This document shows, in pieces, positions 27,761-38,566 of a DNA stretch of 64,000 nt. Location: assembly GCA_031082185.1 (NCBI GenBank), contig JAVHLI010000004.1, positions 11,608 through 75,607 on the forward strand. The letters run 5' to 3'. The position numbers and the translations under genes are program-made. Under the pieces are notes generated by a model. It was not told the DNA's origin, ran no database searches, and saw nothing but the letters and a program-made list of their open reading frames with translations. This DNA is from a bacterium. Lineage in GTDB: Bacteria; Sysuimicrobiota; Sysuimicrobiia; Sysuimicrobiales; Humicultoraceae. Positions within the stretch are counted from its first letter, which is position 1; each line of letters starts with the position of its first letter.

Positions 27761-29474
27761 CACCGCTCCTCCTAAGTGCCGTGGTCTGAACCTCGAACCC
27801 CATCTCGGCCGCCCGTGCCACCAGGTACTCGATGTTCTCGGTCTTGGTGCGGTCCCCCAGGCTGATGCGCTGGGTGCACCCATCGAGCGCGATGATCACA
27901 GTCTCTGCCAGGCAGGCAGGCACAAGGCCCGGACCGTAGCCCAGGTTGATATTCCAACTAGGATTCCCGGGAAGGCGCACAACTCCTCCTGGGATGACCT
28001 CGGCTCCCGGCATTGCCTTCACCGAATCGTCCACATCATAGGGCCTTCCCAGGTCTATGATGAGGCAGCCGTCCCTCACGTGTTCGGGGAAGATGACCGG
28101 GCGCGGCGAGGAGGTGGCGGTGAAGATGGCGTCGGCCTCTCGCAGCAACCCGTAGTCGGTCGTCGCCTCGATGCGCGCGCCGGGGTGGCGGCGCGCCAGC
28201 AACTCCCGCGACCGCTCCAGCCGTGACGCATCGGTCCCCAGCATGACCAGGCGCCCCACGTGCTCCACCACCTGGCGGCAGATTCCGAAGCCCACCACGC
28301 CGTTCGCCCCGACCACCGCGATCGTGGCGTCTGCCGGATCAATGCCGCGGGAGCGAAGCCGGTCGAGGATCACGGGCACCGCCATCTTCACGGTGCCGGC
28401 GGTATAGGCGCCGCCGTTGGTGACCGCGATCCCGGACCTTGCCGCCACCTCGACGCCCTTGTTCCCGACAACGGACCAGTAGGCGCCCAGCCCCAGAACC
28501 GTGGCGCCCAGATTCTCGGCAAGGTGGGCGGCCTGCACCGCCCGCCGCACCGCCAGACGGGGATGCGCTCGGATCTGGTCGGGCAGCAGCGGCACCCCAA
28601 TCAGGTAGACGCGGGCCCGCCGACCGTCGGCGGTGATGACCGGGTGGATATCGTCAACCTTCATGGGCCGCACGAAGCGCGCGACCCGGCGCACCAAGGC
28701 GTCGGAGATGATCCCGCGCCGGCGCAGGGGCATCAGCCAGCGGAACCTGCCGGCCTCCCAGTTGTCGTCAACGGTCATCGGGTGGACCAGGAATGCGCAC
28801 ACGGCATCGTCGCCCAACAGCAGCGGCAGCGGAAGGCGTTCGCCCATCCTGGGCTCGGTACCGTCGGCTATCCGCGCCAGGTGTTCCTTGTGGTTCCACA
28901 GGCTCACTATCGCAAGCGCCAGACCCAGCGCCAGGTACGGCGCACGGCCGCCCAGCGCCCACAGGCCCGCGGGCAGGCTGGCCGTGGCAAGCACCGTCGC
29001 CAGCGAGAGATAGCCCCAGCGCCGCCCCGCGATCCTCGGCACTCCCAGCGTCACCAACGCCACCACCGCGGGGATCGCCAGCGCCGGCCAGGGCACCGCG
29101 CCCAGGGCGCCCAGGCCGAGAAGCGCGCCCGCGGTTACGACAACGCCCTTCACCCGCACCGCTGCCGGCGGCGCGAGAAACCAGAAGGGCGAGTAGGCGT
29201 GGCCCGCTACAACCGCGGCCGCGGAGGCGGCCAGGGTCCAGTCGCCGCCGCCCAGCAACCGGGCGGGGACAACCGCGAGCCCTCCTTTGAGCAGATCAAG
29301 CGCGGCGGCCAGCGCGAGGGTATGGGCTCCGGCCGCGGCGGCCACCGTCCCCAGGCCGAGGTTGTGCGCGGAGTAGCGGCGCAGATCCACACCGCGCAGG
29401 AGCCGGCCCACGGCGTATCCGGTGGGAAGGCCTCCCAGAGCGAAGGCGAGGACGGTGGCTACAATGCTCAGCAC
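27738..29474 (-). CDS. PlsY-like membrane domain fused to an acyl-ACP reductase-like (COG5322-type) NAD(P)-binding domain
   Basis: N-terminal: G.DLR, DLLKG, GHAYSPF, KGV, YLSLA, HKEHLARIADGTEPR. C-terminal: AFLVHP, GLGAYWSVVG, VTNG..YT, GANGVVG, DLGRP.D, ACLAE. Confidence 0.8.
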   Translation of the reverse strand: MLSIVATVLAFALGGLPTGYAVGRLLRGVDLRRYSAHNLGLGTVAAAAGAHTLALAAALDLLKGGLAVVPARLLGGGDWTLAASAAAVVAGHAYSPFWFLAPPAAVRVKGVVVTAGALLGLGALGAVPWPALAIPAVVALVTLGVPRIAGRRWGYLSLATVLATASLPAGLWALGGRAPYLALGLALAIVSLWNHKEHLARIADGTEPRMGERLPLPLLLGDDAVCAFLVHPMTVDDNWEAGRFRWLMPLRRRGIISDALVRRVARFVRPMKVDDIHPVITADGRRARVYLIGVPLLPDQIRAHPRLAVRRAVQAAHLAENLGATVLGLGAYWSVVGNKGVEVAARSGIAVTNGGAYTAGTVKMAVPVILDRLRSRGIDPADATIAVVGANGVVGFGICRQVVEHVGRLVMLGTDASRLERSRELLARRHPGARIEATTDYGLLREADAIFTATSSPRPVIFPEHVRDGCLIIDLGRPYDVDDSVKAMPGAEVIPGGVVRLPGNPSWNINLGYGPGLVPACLAETVIIALDGCTQRISLGDRTKTENIEYLVARAAEMGFEVQTTALRRSGDDERTGA

Positions 29475-29498
29475 AGGGGTAACTTGGTCCCGAGCAAT

Positions 29499-30128
29499 CT
29501 ACTTGGTCCCGAACAGGCGATCGCCCGCATCTCCCAACCCGGGCACGATGTAGCCCTTGTCGTTGAGGTGGCTGTCCACCTCGGCGGTGAAGATCTCAAC
29601 GTCCGGGTGGGCCTCCTGGACCTTCTTGATCCCTTCTGGCGAGGAGATGATTGCCATAACCTTGATGTTGTGGCATCCGTGGGCCTTGAGGGTGTTGATC
29701 GCCTCTACGGTTGATCCGCCGGTGGCCAGCATGGGATCGAGAATCATCGCCTCCCGCTCGGCGATGTCTGCGGGCAGCTTAACGAAGTAGCTGACCGGCT
29801 GCAGGGTTTCGTGGTCTCGGTACATGCCTATGTGTCCGACCCGCGCGGTGGGAATGAGCCGGGTGATCGCGGTCTCCATCACCAGCCCTGCCCGCAGGAT
29901 CGGAATCACCGCCAGCTCCTGCCCGGCGATGGACCAACCTGTGGTCTTGGCCAGCGGCGTCTCGACCTCGATCTCGCGTACCGGGTGCGATCGGGTTGCC
30001 TCATAGGCCATCAACGCGGCCAGTTCCTCGGTGATCTCGCGGAACTCCTTGTGGCCGGTGCGCTTGTCTCGCAGGATCGTGAGCTTGTGCCGGATGAGCG
30101 GATGGTCGAACACGTGCACGGTAGACAT
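29499..30128 (-). CDS. upp: Uracil phosphoribosyltransferase
   Basis: HPLIRHKL, PILRAGL, DPMLATGGS and YIVPGLGDAGDRLFGTK motifs. Confidence 0.97.
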   Translation of the reverse strand: MSTVHVFDHPLIRHKLTILRDKRTGHKEFREITEELAALMAYEATRSHPVREIEVETPLAKTTGWSIAGQELAVIPILRAGLVMETAITRLIPTARVGHIGMYRDHETLQPVSYFVKLPADIAEREAMILDPMLATGGSTVEAINTLKAHGCHNIKVMAIISSPEGIKKVQEAHPDVEIFTAEVDSHLNDKGYIVPGLGDAGDRLFGTK

Positions 30129-30267
30129 CACCGAGCCTCCTGGATGGTCTGGAAGTTGCTACCGGCTTCGCTGCCGTACAAAGGCATCCCTCCCCATGAA
30201 GGCAAGCCGCCGGCGGCCGCCGAATACAACCTGGGACGCAACTGCACCGATCCCCTGGAGGCCGAGA

Positions 30268-31596
30268 ATGATCCTTGAGAGTCAGGACCTGGAACTGTTC
30301 GCGATAATGGCGCGCGAGCGCGCGCGGCAGCGGGACGGCATCGAGCTCATACCTTCCGAGAACTACGTCTCGGCCGCCGTGCTGGAGGCGATGGGTTCCA
30401 TTCTCACCAACAAGTACTCGGAGGGGTATCCCGGCCGCCGGTACTACGGCGGTAACGAGCATATAGACGAGATCGAGCGGCTGGCGCAGCGGCGCGCCAG
30501 GGACCTGTTCCACGTGCCGCACGTGAACGTCCAGCCCTACTCGGGCAGCCCTGCCAACTTGGCGGTGTACATGGCAACGTGCGAGCCGGGCGATGTCATA
30601 ATGGGCCAGAACCTGACCGACGGCGGTCACCTGACCCACGGGTGGAAGGTCAGCGCCACCGGAATCTTCTACCGGAGCGTCCCGTACCACGTGCGCCCCG
30701 ACGGCATGATCGACTTCGACGAGGTGCGGCGCCTGGCGCACGAAGCCAGGCCCCGCCTGATCTGGTGCGGCGCCACCGCCTATGTGCGGGAGATGCCGTT
30801 TGCGCAGTTCGCCGAGATCGCCGACGAGGTGGGGGCGTACCTGGCCGCGGACATCGCCCACATCGCCGGGCTGGTGGCCGGCGGCGCGCACCCCAGCCCG
30901 GTCGGGCACGCGCACGTCGTCACCACCACTACCCACAAGACATTGCGCGGTCCTCGCGGCGCAATGATAATGGTCACCGACCGCGGGGTTGCCAAGGACC
31001 GGCAACTGCCCGAGAAGGTTGACCGGGCCATCTTCCCAGGACTCCAGGGAGGACCGCACGACCACACCACCGCCGCGATCGCGGTTGCGCTGGCCGAGGC
31101 CTCTAGGCCGGAGTTCAGCACGTACGCCGCGCAGATCGTGGCGAACGCGCGGGCGCTGGCCGCATCGCTGATCCGCGCGGGGTTCACGCTTGTGACCGGC
31201 GGGACGGACAACCACATGCTGCTGCTGGACCTCACCCCCGGCGGCGTCGGCCGAGGCGTCTTCATGCAGGAGGCGATGGACGCGGTCGGCATCACGGCCA
31301 ACAAGAACACGATTCCCGGCGAGCCCTCGTCGGCCTTCTACCCATCGGGTGTGCGCCTAGGCACGCCGGCCGCAACGACGCGCGGCATGCGCGAGCCAGA
31401 GATGGATCAGATCGCGGGATGGATGGCCCGAGTGCACGAGGAGATCAGTCAGTTCCGGCTGCCGGAGGATCGGGAGGCCAGGAACCGGGCGTTCAAGGAG
31501 TTCCGCGCCGCGATCGGCGCAAGTCCGCGCCTCGCGGCCATCAGGGAAGAAGTGCGGGCGTTGTGCCGGCGGTTCCCGGTGCCGGGTATAGCGTAG
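30268..31596 (+). CDS. glyA: Serine hydroxymethyltransferase
   Basis: LIPSEN, NKYSEGYPGRRYYGG, GGHLTHG, TTTTHKTLRGPRG and GGTDNH motifs; GGAGG RBS. Confidence 0.97.
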   Translation: MILESQDLELFAIMARERARQRDGIELIPSENYVSAAVLEAMGSILTNKYSEGYPGRRYYGGNEHIDEIERLAQRRARDLFHVPHVNVQPYSGSPANLAVYMATCEPGDVIMGQNLTDGGHLTHGWKVSATGIFYRSVPYHVRPDGMIDFDEVRRLAHEARPRLIWCGATAYVREMPFAQFAEIADEVGAYLAADIAHIAGLVAGGAHPSPVGHAHVVTTTTHKTLRGPRGAMIMVTDRGVAKDRQLPEKVDRAIFPGLQGGPHDHTTAAIAVALAEASRPEFSTYAAQIVANARALAASLIRAGFTLVTGGTDNHMLLLDLTPGGVGRGVFMQEAMDAVGITANKNTIPGEPSSAFYPSGVRLGTPAATTRGMREPEMDQIAGWMARVHEEISQFRLPEDREARNRAFKEFRAAIGASPRLAAIREEVRALCRRFPVPGIA

Positions 31597-31616
31597 ACCG
31601 AATCGCAGCCCGAGCC

Positions 31617-32066
31617 CTACTTCTTGCGCTCCTTCTCGTACCTTGAGATCTTGTCGATCCGTGGGATATGTCGTCCGCCCTCGAACGAGGTCGTCAACCA
31701 GGCCCGGACGATCTCCTTGGCCACTTCCAGTCCCACTATGCGCGCGCCCAGGGCGATCATGTTGGAGTCGTTGTGGGACCTGGCCAGCCGGGCGGTCGTA
31801 ACGTCGTGGACCACTGCGCAGCGAATGCCCAGGACCTTGTTGGCCGCTATTGCTTCGCCGTTGCCGGTCCCGCCAAATATGATGCCTCGGTCGGAATCAC
31901 CGCGTGCCACCGCCTCGGCCACCGCGATGCAGTAGTCGGGGTAGTCCACGGGTTCGACCGAGCCGGTGCCGAAGTCGCGCACCTCGTGCCCGAGCTCAAG
32001 CAGCAGCCGCGCCACCTCGGCCTTAAGGATCACGCCCGCGTGGTCTCCACCGATCGCTATCCGCAC
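31617..32066 (-). CDS. rpiB: Ribose-5-phosphate isomerase B
   Basis: GDHAG, VDYPD, GGTGNG, AANKV.GIRCA, HNDSN and FEGGRH motifs. Confidence 0.93.
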   Translation of the reverse strand: MRIAIGGDHAGVILKAEVARLLLELGHEVRDFGTGSVEPVDYPDYCIAVAEAVARGDSDRGIIFGGTGNGEAIAANKVLGIRCAVVHDVTTARLARSHNDSNMIALGARIVGLEVAKEIVRAWLTTSFEGGRHIPRIDKISRYEKERKK

Positions 32067-32071
32067 ACGGA

Positions 32072-32965
32072 TCACCTCCCACAATCAATGCCTGCGCAAC
32101 GATCCCTGTGGGGCCGACGGGCGGCGACGACGCGTTCCCATCCCAGGCCGTCGCGCCGCACCTGCACCGCCTCGTAGTCGGACCTCTGCTGCAGGAGTTC
32201 GACCACCCGAGGCGCCTGGCCTGCTGCGACCTCCAGCACCAGCCAACCTCCCGGACGCAGCGCGCCCGGCGCCTCGTCCACCAGGCGGGCGTGGACGCTC
32301 TCTCCGTACCCTGGCGCCACGACTGCCAGCGCGGGCTCGAACTCCCGGATCTCGCGCGGCAGGGCGGCGGCGACCTCCGGGGCAACGTATGGCGGGTTAC
32401 ACGCCACCACGTCGAAGTGCCATCCCCCACCTATCACCGGGCCCAGCAGGTCGCCGGCAAGGAAGGTGATGCGCTCAGCGACGCGGTGGCGAACGGCGTT
32501 GGCGCGGGCCACATCCAGCGCCCCGTGCGAGAGATCGGTGGCCACCACCCGCGCATCGGGACGCAGGACGGCCACGCTCACCGCTATCGCGCCACTGCCC
32601 GTGCCGATGTCGGCAACGACGGGACTGGTAGTGCCACACAGCAGTTCCAGCATGGTTTCCACCAGGACCTCGGTCTCTGGGCGCGGGATCAACACCCGTT
32701 CGTCCACCAGGAAGTCAAGCCCCATGAACTCGCGGCGGCCGACGATGTAGGCCAGCGGCCGCCCGCGGGCACGCTCGCCGATGTAGCCCAGGTACCGGGC
32801 CCAAGCCCCGTCGGGGACCGGCTGGTTCCATGCGATGTGAAACTGAGTGCGGTTCAGGTCGAGTGCGTGGCGCAGCAGAACCTCGGACGTGACTGCGGCC
32901 TCTTCGATCCCCAGCGCGGCCAGGCGCTCCCTGCCGACCTGCCAGGCCTCGGCGACCGTCCTCAA
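32072..32965 (-). CDS. prmC: Release factor glutamine methyltransferase
   Basis: [19 protein letters not shown] and NPPY motifs; follows prfA. Confidence 0.95.
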   Translation of the reverse strand: MRTVAEAWQVGRERLAALGIEEAAVTSEVLLRHALDLNRTQFHIAWNQPVPDGAWARYLGYIGERARGRPLAYIVGRREFMGLDFLVDERVLIPRPETEVLVETMLELLCGTTSPVVADIGTGSGAIAVSVAVLRPDARVVATDLSHGALDVARANAVRHRVAERITFLAGDLLGPVIGGGWHFDVVACNPPYVAPEVAAALPREIREFEPALAVVAPGYGESVHARLVDEAPGALRPGGWLVLEVAAGQAPRVVELLQQRSDYEAVQVRRDGLGWERVVAARRPHRDRCAGIDCGR

Positions 32966-34041
32966 TCCACGGCCGTCAGGCGCTCTGTCTCCTCAGCCGA
33001 GGTCAGCGCGTCGACGAACTCGTCCAGGTCGCCGTCGAGGATCACGTCGAGGCGGTGGAGACTGAGCCCGATGCGATGGTCGGTCATGCGGTTCTGGGGG
33101 AAGTTGTAGGTCCGAATCTTCTCGCTGCGCACCCCGGTTCCCACCTGCAGGCGGCGCTCTTGGGCGATGGCCTCGGCCTGCTCCTGCTCGGCCTTCTCCA
33201 ACAGGTGCGCCCGCAGGATGCGCATCGCCTTCTCCCGGTTCTTGAATTGGGATCGCTCGTCCTGACAGACCACCACGATCCCCGTGGGGATGTGCCGGAT
33301 GCGCACCGCGGACTCAACCTTGTTGACGTTCTGGCCGCCGGCCCCACCCGCCCGGTAGGTTCCCACGTCAATCTCGTCGGGCTGGATGACGATCTCCACC
33401 TCCTCGGCTTCGGGCAGCACCGCCACCGTGACGGTGGACGTGTGGATGCGTCCCGAGGCCTCGGTCACCGGCACGCGCTGCACGCGGTGCACGCCGCTCT
33501 CGTACTTCAGCCGGCTGTACGCCCCGCGGCCGGTAATGGCGAAGATCACCTCCTTGAACCCGCCAATGCCGGTCGCATTCGAGGAGAGAATCTCCGGCTT
33601 CCACCGGCGCAACTCCGCGTAGCGCGTGTACATCCTGAAGAGATCTCCGGCGAACAGGGCGGCCTCATCGCCGCCCGTCCCCGCGCGGACCTCAATGATG
33701 ACGTTGCGGTCGTCGCGCGGATCGCGGGGCAGCAGGAGCACCCGCAACTCCTCCTCGAGATCGTCCATCTGCTCGAGCAGTTGGACCGCTTCACTTCTCG
33801 CCAGATCGCGGATCTCGGGGTCGGTTTCCTCGCGCACCATCACCTCGGTCTCTTCGGCCTCGCGGCAGGCTTCGCGATATGCACGGAAGCGCGACACGGT
33901 CAGATCGAGGCCCGAATACTCGCGGGCGATCTGCTGGTAGCGGGCCCGGTCGGAGTGAACCGTTGGGTCGGCCATGGCCGCGGACAGCGCCTCGAACCGG
34001 GCCTCCACCGCCTCCAGGCGGGCCTGCATGCGGGAATCCAT
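32962..34041 (-). CDS. prfA: Peptide chain release factor 1 (alternative start 34050)
   Basis: [24 protein letters not shown] (PVT), GGQ and IRTYNFPQ motifs. Confidence 0.97.
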   Translation of the reverse strand: MDSRMQARLEAVEARFEALSAAMADPTVHSDRARYQQIAREYSGLDLTVSRFRAYREACREAEETEVMVREETDPEIRDLARSEAVQLLEQMDDLEEELRVLLLPRDPRDDRNVIIEVRAGTGGDEAALFAGDLFRMYTRYAELRRWKPEILSSNATGIGGFKEVIFAITGRGAYSRLKYESGVHRVQRVPVTEASGRIHTSTVTVAVLPEAEEVEIVIQPDEIDVGTYRAGGAGGQNVNKVESAVRIRHIPTGIVVVCQDERSQFKNREKAMRILRAHLLEKAEQEQAEAIAQERRLQVGTGVRSEKIRTYNFPQNRMTDHRIGLSLHRLDVILDGDLDEFVDALTSAEETERLTAVD

Positions 34042-34059
34042 GCGTGTCATGCCTTTTCG

Positions 34060-34068
34060 ATTATAACA
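34060..34068 (-). promoter_or_regulatory. Extended -10 for prfA overlapping the tdk stop codon
   Basis: TG-T-TATAAT. Confidence 0.6.
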
Positions 34069-34660
34069 CCGGCACGACCGGTTCACCTGGGCGGCCTGGA
34101 ACCTGGTGGCATCTGCGGCAGCGCGCCTCGTAGGCCTCGCGCGCGCCTACCAGGATTACCGGATCGTTGTAGTGCGCCGCGCGGCTTTCCACCAGCCGCT
34201 GGGTACGGCTCGCCGGTGCCCCGCACGTCATGCAGATCGCCTGCAGCTTGGTGACTTCCTCGGCTACCGCCAGCAGGTGGGGGATCGGTCCGAAAGGCAC
34301 GCCCCGAAAGTCGGTGTCGAGCCCGGTCAGGAGAACGCGGATCCCTCTGCCGGCGAGCGTCTCGGCCACCTCCCCGATCCCGCTGTCGAGGAACTGCACC
34401 TCGTCCACGGCCACGACCTCGGTGCCCGGCTCCACCAGAGGCAGGATCTCAGCGCTGTGGGTCACGGGTATCGCCTCGATGCATACACCGTTGTGCGAGG
34501 TGATCGCACCCGCGCCGTAGCGGTCGTCCAGTGCGTGCTTGAAGACCGCCACTCGCTGCCGGGCGATCTGTGCGCGGCGCACGCGACGGATCAACTCCTC
34601 TGTCTTGCCGCTAAACATGCTCCCGCAGATAATCTCGATGCCACCGGTCGCGCGATTCAT
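34061..34660 (-). CDS. tdk: Thymidine kinase
   Basis: [28 protein letters not shown] and YEARCR.C motifs. Confidence 0.96.
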   Translation of the reverse strand: MNRATGGIEIICGSMFSGKTEELIRRVRRAQIARQRVAVFKHALDDRYGAGAITSHNGVCIEAIPVTHSAEILPLVEPGTEVVAVDEVQFLDSGIGEVAETLAGRGIRVLLTGLDTDFRGVPFGPIPHLLAVAEEVTKLQAICMTCGAPASRTQRLVESRAAHYNDPVILVGAREAYEARCRRCHQVPGRPGEPVVPVL

Positions 34661-35805
34661 CGCCGCCTCCTGGTTCTTGCGCGCCTGTCCCTCCGGCCTC
34701 GCCAGGCGTCGCGGATGGCCGGCCCCGCCAGCAGGAGCACGGCCAGAACGATTGGGCCCAGGCCCAGCGCCCACAGCGCCGCCGTGACTGCCAGCCGCGT
34801 CCGGGAGGCCCGCCGTTGGACCTGCTCGCCGGCCTTCCGGCCGGCCTCCACGGCCCGAGAAGCGTCCGCAATGTCGAGCCGGCGCAGGGCTCCGGTTGCG
34901 CGCAGGGCCTCGACGTAGGCCGTCGCGCCGCCGGGCCTGGAAACCAGCCGGCCCGGGGTCTGGGCGAGGGTGTAGGCGCAGGCATATTCCACCCCACGCC
35001 TGTAGGTTAGGAAGTCCGCGTCCGAGAGGCGCGGGGGCGCCGCCTGCGCGAGCCGCGTACGCCAGCGCCGGTCGGCCTCGGCAATCGAGATGCCGAAGTA
35101 CCGTTGGAAGAGCGAGGGGAAATCGTACCACCGCGCTCCGCCGACCCGCGCAAACGCAGCCACATGGCGCAGGCCGTGCTCCTCGGCCAGGTAGGCGAGA
35201 AACGATACGCTCTGGACGTAGGCGCCCGGCAGGGCCCGGCTGAAGTCGAGCTGGTGCACGATCTCCGCAATCGGAAGCAGCCCGCCCCTATCAAGAAACA
35301 GCCTCGCGTGAGCGTGGCTGTCAATCCCGACCAGCCTGTCGGCGACGAGGTCCCCCAGCCCCCAGGAAAGGAGCGGCACGGATCGCCCCACCGCCTGGCG
35401 GACGACAATCCGCGCTATCTGATAAGGGGAGACCAGAACGTTGCCCCCCTCGACGACGGTCCCCCATCCGTGGACCGTGCCGTCCCGAAGGATCGCAAAC
35501 TGCCACCAGTCCCTCCGGAACGCATCGGGCGACGGGAACAGCGGGTAGGTGAGCACACCGTCCGGCGCAAGACCGCTGTCGCTCTCAATCTGCCGTAGGA
35601 GGTTGTCCAAGAGGGCCGCCACCGAGCCCGCCTCGGCATCTTCTCTTGTGCCGGGCAGGGTGTAGACCACGGATCGCGCGCCCGCGGTCGCCACCCAGGG
35701 CGGAACCGGGGGCGCGCCGCGATCGCCAGGCGGGATGGCGCCGGCTGACAGGATGACGCCGGCAGGCGGGCTCCACGCCAGGACGGATCCCGCGGAGAGG
35801 GCCAC
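34657..35805 (-). CDS. Exported, C-terminally membrane-anchored protein with a degenerate peptidase-MA-like domain (start uncertain)
   Basis: Signal-like N-terminus, [17 protein letters not shown] segment and a C-terminal TM helix with basic tail; no HEXXH. Confidence 0.6.
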   Translation of the reverse strand: MALSAGSVLAWSPPAGVILSAGAIPPGDRGAPPVPPWVATAGARSVVYTLPGTREDAEAGSVAALLDNLLRQIESDSGLAPDGVLTYPLFPSPDAFRRDWWQFAILRDGTVHGWGTVVEGGNVLVSPYQIARIVVRQAVGRSVPLLSWGLGDLVADRLVGIDSHAHARLFLDRGGLLPIAEIVHQLDFSRALPGAYVQSVSFLAYLAEEHGLRHVAAFARVGGARWYDFPSLFQRYFGISIAEADRRWRTRLAQAAPPRLSDADFLTYRRGVEYACAYTLAQTPGRLVSRPGGATAYVEALRATGALRRLDIADASRAVEAGRKAGEQVQRRASRTRLAVTAALWALGLGPIVLAVLLLAGPAIRDAWRGRRDRRARTRRRR

Positions 35806-35834
35806 CAGCGCCAGGGTCAGCGGACGCGTAGGGC

Positions 35835-36041
35835 CTACTGGACCTTCAGGCCGTACTTGCGGACGAACTTCTGGACCCTGCCCTCGGCGTCAACGAACCT
35901 GCGCTGGCCGGTGTAGAAAGGATGGCACTTCGAGCAGATCTCGACGCGGATCGCCTTCTTGGTGGATCCTGCCACGAACGTCTCGCCGCAGGCGCAGGTA
36001 ACGCGCGCTTCCTGGTAGTCTGGGTGGATACCCTGCTTCAT
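35835..36041 (-). CDS. rpmE: 50S ribosomal protein L31 (Zn-binding type)
   Basis: [21 protein letters not shown] and GRV motifs. Confidence 0.97.
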   Translation of the reverse strand: MKQGIHPDYQEARVTCACGETFVAGSTKKAIRVEICSKCHPFYTGQRRFVDAEGRVQKFVRKYGLKVQ

Positions 36042-36087
36042 GTCCTTCTCCTCATTTGCCATTCATCCCGGGGTGGGAACACGCGGG

Positions 36088-36096
36088 ATTATACCA
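36088..36096 (-). promoter_or_regulatory. Extended -10 promoter of rpmE
   Basis: TG-G-TATAAT. Confidence 0.65.
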
Positions 36097-36140
36097 GACC
36101 GGACCACCGGCGTCGAGGCCGGCTCATGTGCGAGGACGGA

Positions 36141-37199
36141 TCAGCGAAGGTAGCTCAGGGGATTGACGGCGCGACCGTTGACGCGAACCTCGAAGTGCAG
36201 GTGCGACCCGGTGCAACGGCCGGTGCAACCGACACGGGCGATCAACTGGCCCTTCTTGACGGGCCGCCCGGGTTGGACAAGAAGGCTCGACGCGTGGCCG
36301 TACACGGTCACGACGCCGCCGCCGTGGCGGACGAACACCACCCGGCCGTAGCCGCCCTTCCACCCGGAGTACTCCACGACGCCATCGCGCGCCGCATAGA
36401 TCGGTGTGCCCCGCGGCGCGGCCAGGTCAATGCCCTCATGGTGGCGGCGGTACCGCAAGCCGAACCGCGAGGTCAAGGTGCCGCGTGTCGGCCAGATGAG
36501 GGCCCCGCCTGAGCGCAGCAGCGAGGCGTCTGCCATCACCGACCCCGACGGATACGGCCGGGTCCGCGACCGCAGCCCGACCTGCCGGTGCCGCGGAAGC
36601 GCCCCTGCCGAAACAACGATCCGCTGGCCCGGCTTGATCCAGTCGGAGTCGCCCAGATCGTTCATCGCCATCAGGTCCTCGACCCGCGTCCCATAGCGGC
36701 CGGCGATCTCCCACAGAGTCTCACCGCTCCGCACCACGTGCACCGCGGACCTTTCGGGACGCGCGACGGTACGGGCCGCGGGCAGGGAGGCAGTAACCGA
36801 CGCGGCCCCCGACGGGATTTCCAGGGACCTGCCTAGCGGCAGGATCGCGGTCAGGACCAGCCGGTTGGTCGCGGCCAGAGCCTCAACCGTCACGCCGTGC
36901 CGCTGCGCGATCGTCCAGAGGGTGTCCCCGGATTGTACCGTGTGAACGCGGGGCGTCGGGTCAGGCCTGGATGCCTTCACGGCCGCCTGTGCCGTCTTCT
37001 GTGCTGCCTGCGCCGCGGCCATCTGCCGGGCGGCATGCGCCGATGGCCGCAGGGCCACGATCTGCCGGAGGCCTTCTTCGGCGGAAGCCGGAACCACGAC
37101 GGCCTGGACAGGGGGGCGATGGGTGTCCGTAACCCCGAACGCGGGAGTAACCGCCACGAAGATCCCGAGGAGCACGATGGCTGTGGCGGGTGTGCGCAA
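36141..37199 (-). CDS. LysM x2 / M23 family peptidoglycan endopeptidase
   Basis: HTVQSGDTLWTIA and HVVRSGETLWEIA LysM repeats; HEGID, YGH and HLHFEV motifs. TTG start after GAGGAGG. Confidence 0.9.
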   Translation of the reverse strand: MRTPATAIVLLGIFVAVTPAFGVTDTHRPPVQAVVVPASAEEGLRQIVALRPSAHAARQMAAAQAAQKTAQAAVKASRPDPTPRVHTVQSGDTLWTIAQRHGVTVEALAATNRLVLTAILPLGRSLEIPSGAASVTASLPAARTVARPERSAVHVVRSGETLWEIAGRYGTRVEDLMAMNDLGDSDWIKPGQRIVVSAGALPRHRQVGLRSRTRPYPSGSVMADASLLRSGGALIWPTRGTLTSRFGLRYRRHHEGIDLAAPRGTPIYAARDGVVEYSGWKGGYGRVVFVRHGGGVVTVYGHASSLLVQPGRPVKKGQLIARVGCTGRCTGSHLHFEVRVNGRAVNPLSYLR

Positions 37200-37260
37200 C
37201 CTTCCCTCCTCGGTTTGACTGGGTAGTTCTATCAGTTCGACACCGGGCTGGGGGTTCCTG

Positions 37261-38523
37261 CTACGGCCCGTTGTCTTCTGAGCTCTTGACGATGGACCTA
37301 AGGAAGCCCGCGTTGTTCGCGGTCTTGCGCAGCCGGTCAAGGATAAGCTCGGTTACCGCCACCGTATCAAGCTGCTCGAGGCTCTTGCGCAGCACCCAGA
37401 CCTTGCGCAACTCCTCGTCGGTCAGCAGCAGCTCCTCGCGCCGAGTGCCCGACATCTTGATGTCAATTGCCGGGAAGGTGCGCCGCTCCTGGAGCTTCCG
37501 GTTGAGGTGCAGCTCCATGTTGCCCGTACCCTTGAACTCCTCGTAGATCACGTCGTCCATCCGGCTGCCGGTGTCTACAAGGGCTGTGGCAATGATGGTC
37601 AGGCTGCCGCCCTCCTCGATCTTGCGCGCGGCGCCGAAGAACCGCTTGGGCCTGTGCAGGGCCGCGGGGTCGAGTCCGCCCGAAAGCGTGCGGCCCGACG
37701 GCGGGATGACCAGGTTGTTCGCGCGGGAGAACCGGGTCAGGCTGTCGAGCAGGATCACGACGTCCCGGCCTCCTTCCACGATACGTTTGGCGCGCTCCAA
37801 GACCAGGTCGGCCACCTGGATGTGCTCCTCGGGCGCCCGGTCGAAGGTGCTGGCCACGACCTCGGCCTCCACGGAGCGCCGCATGTCGGTGACCTCTTCG
37901 GGGCGCTCGTCGAGCAGCAGCACCATGAGGTAGATCTCGCTGTGATTCTGTACTATAGACTGCCCGATCTTCTTGAGCAGGGTGGTCTTCCCGGCCTTGG
38001 GCGGCGAGACAATCATGCCGCGCTGCCCCTTGCCGATGGGCGCGAACAGGTCCACCACCCGCACGGTTAGGTCGGACTCGGGCAACTCCAGCCGGATCCG
38101 CTCAAGCGGGAAGATCGGCGTCAGGTGCTCGAACGAGGGACGCGAGCGCGCCTGCTCCGGGTCGAGGCCGTTGACCGCCTCCACGCGCAGGAGCGCGAAG
38201 TACTTCTCGTTGTCCTTCGGCGGCCGGACCTGACCCAGGACCTCGTCGCCTACGCGCAACCCGAACCGCTTGATTTGCGAGGGCGACACGTAGATGTCCT
38301 CGCCCCCGGGCAGGTATCCGCTGGTCCGGAGGAAGCCGTAGCCCTCCGGCATGATCTCCAGGATCCCGGCGCGAATCAGCAGGCCCGCATCCTCGGTCTG
38401 CTTCTGAAGCACGCGCATGATCAGCTCCTGCTTCCGGTAGCGCCGGTAGTTGGCTATGTTGAGCTCACGGGCCATGTCCTGGAGCTCCGCGAGGGTCTTG
38501 GTTTCGAGTTCGGCTATCGGCAC
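37261..38523 (-). CDS. rho: Transcription termination factor Rho
   Basis: [39 protein letters not shown] and [10 protein letters not shown] motifs. Confidence 0.98.
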   Translation of the reverse strand: MPIAELETKTLAELQDMARELNIANYRRYRKQELIMRVLQKQTEDAGLLIRAGILEIMPEGYGFLRTSGYLPGGEDIYVSPSQIKRFGLRVGDEVLGQVRPPKDNEKYFALLRVEAVNGLDPEQARSRPSFEHLTPIFPLERIRLELPESDLTVRVVDLFAPIGKGQRGMIVSPPKAGKTTLLKKIGQSIVQNHSEIYLMVLLLDERPEEVTDMRRSVEAEVVASTFDRAPEEHIQVADLVLERAKRIVEGGRDVVILLDSLTRFSRANNLVIPPSGRTLSGGLDPAALHRPKRFFGAARKIEEGGSLTIIATALVDTGSRMDDVIYEEFKGTGNMELHLNRKLQERRTFPAIDIKMSGTRREELLLTDEELRKVWVLRKSLEQLDTVAVTELILDRLRKTANNAGFLRSIVKSSEDNGP

Positions 38524-38566
38524 GGCTAGATCACCTCTCCTGTTCGGTCCCCACCGCGGCGAGGGC

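Noticed and set aside
30132..30267. ZTP or THF riboswitch upstream of glyA
   Set aside because: Short divergent intergenic region with no consensus elements recognisable by eye.
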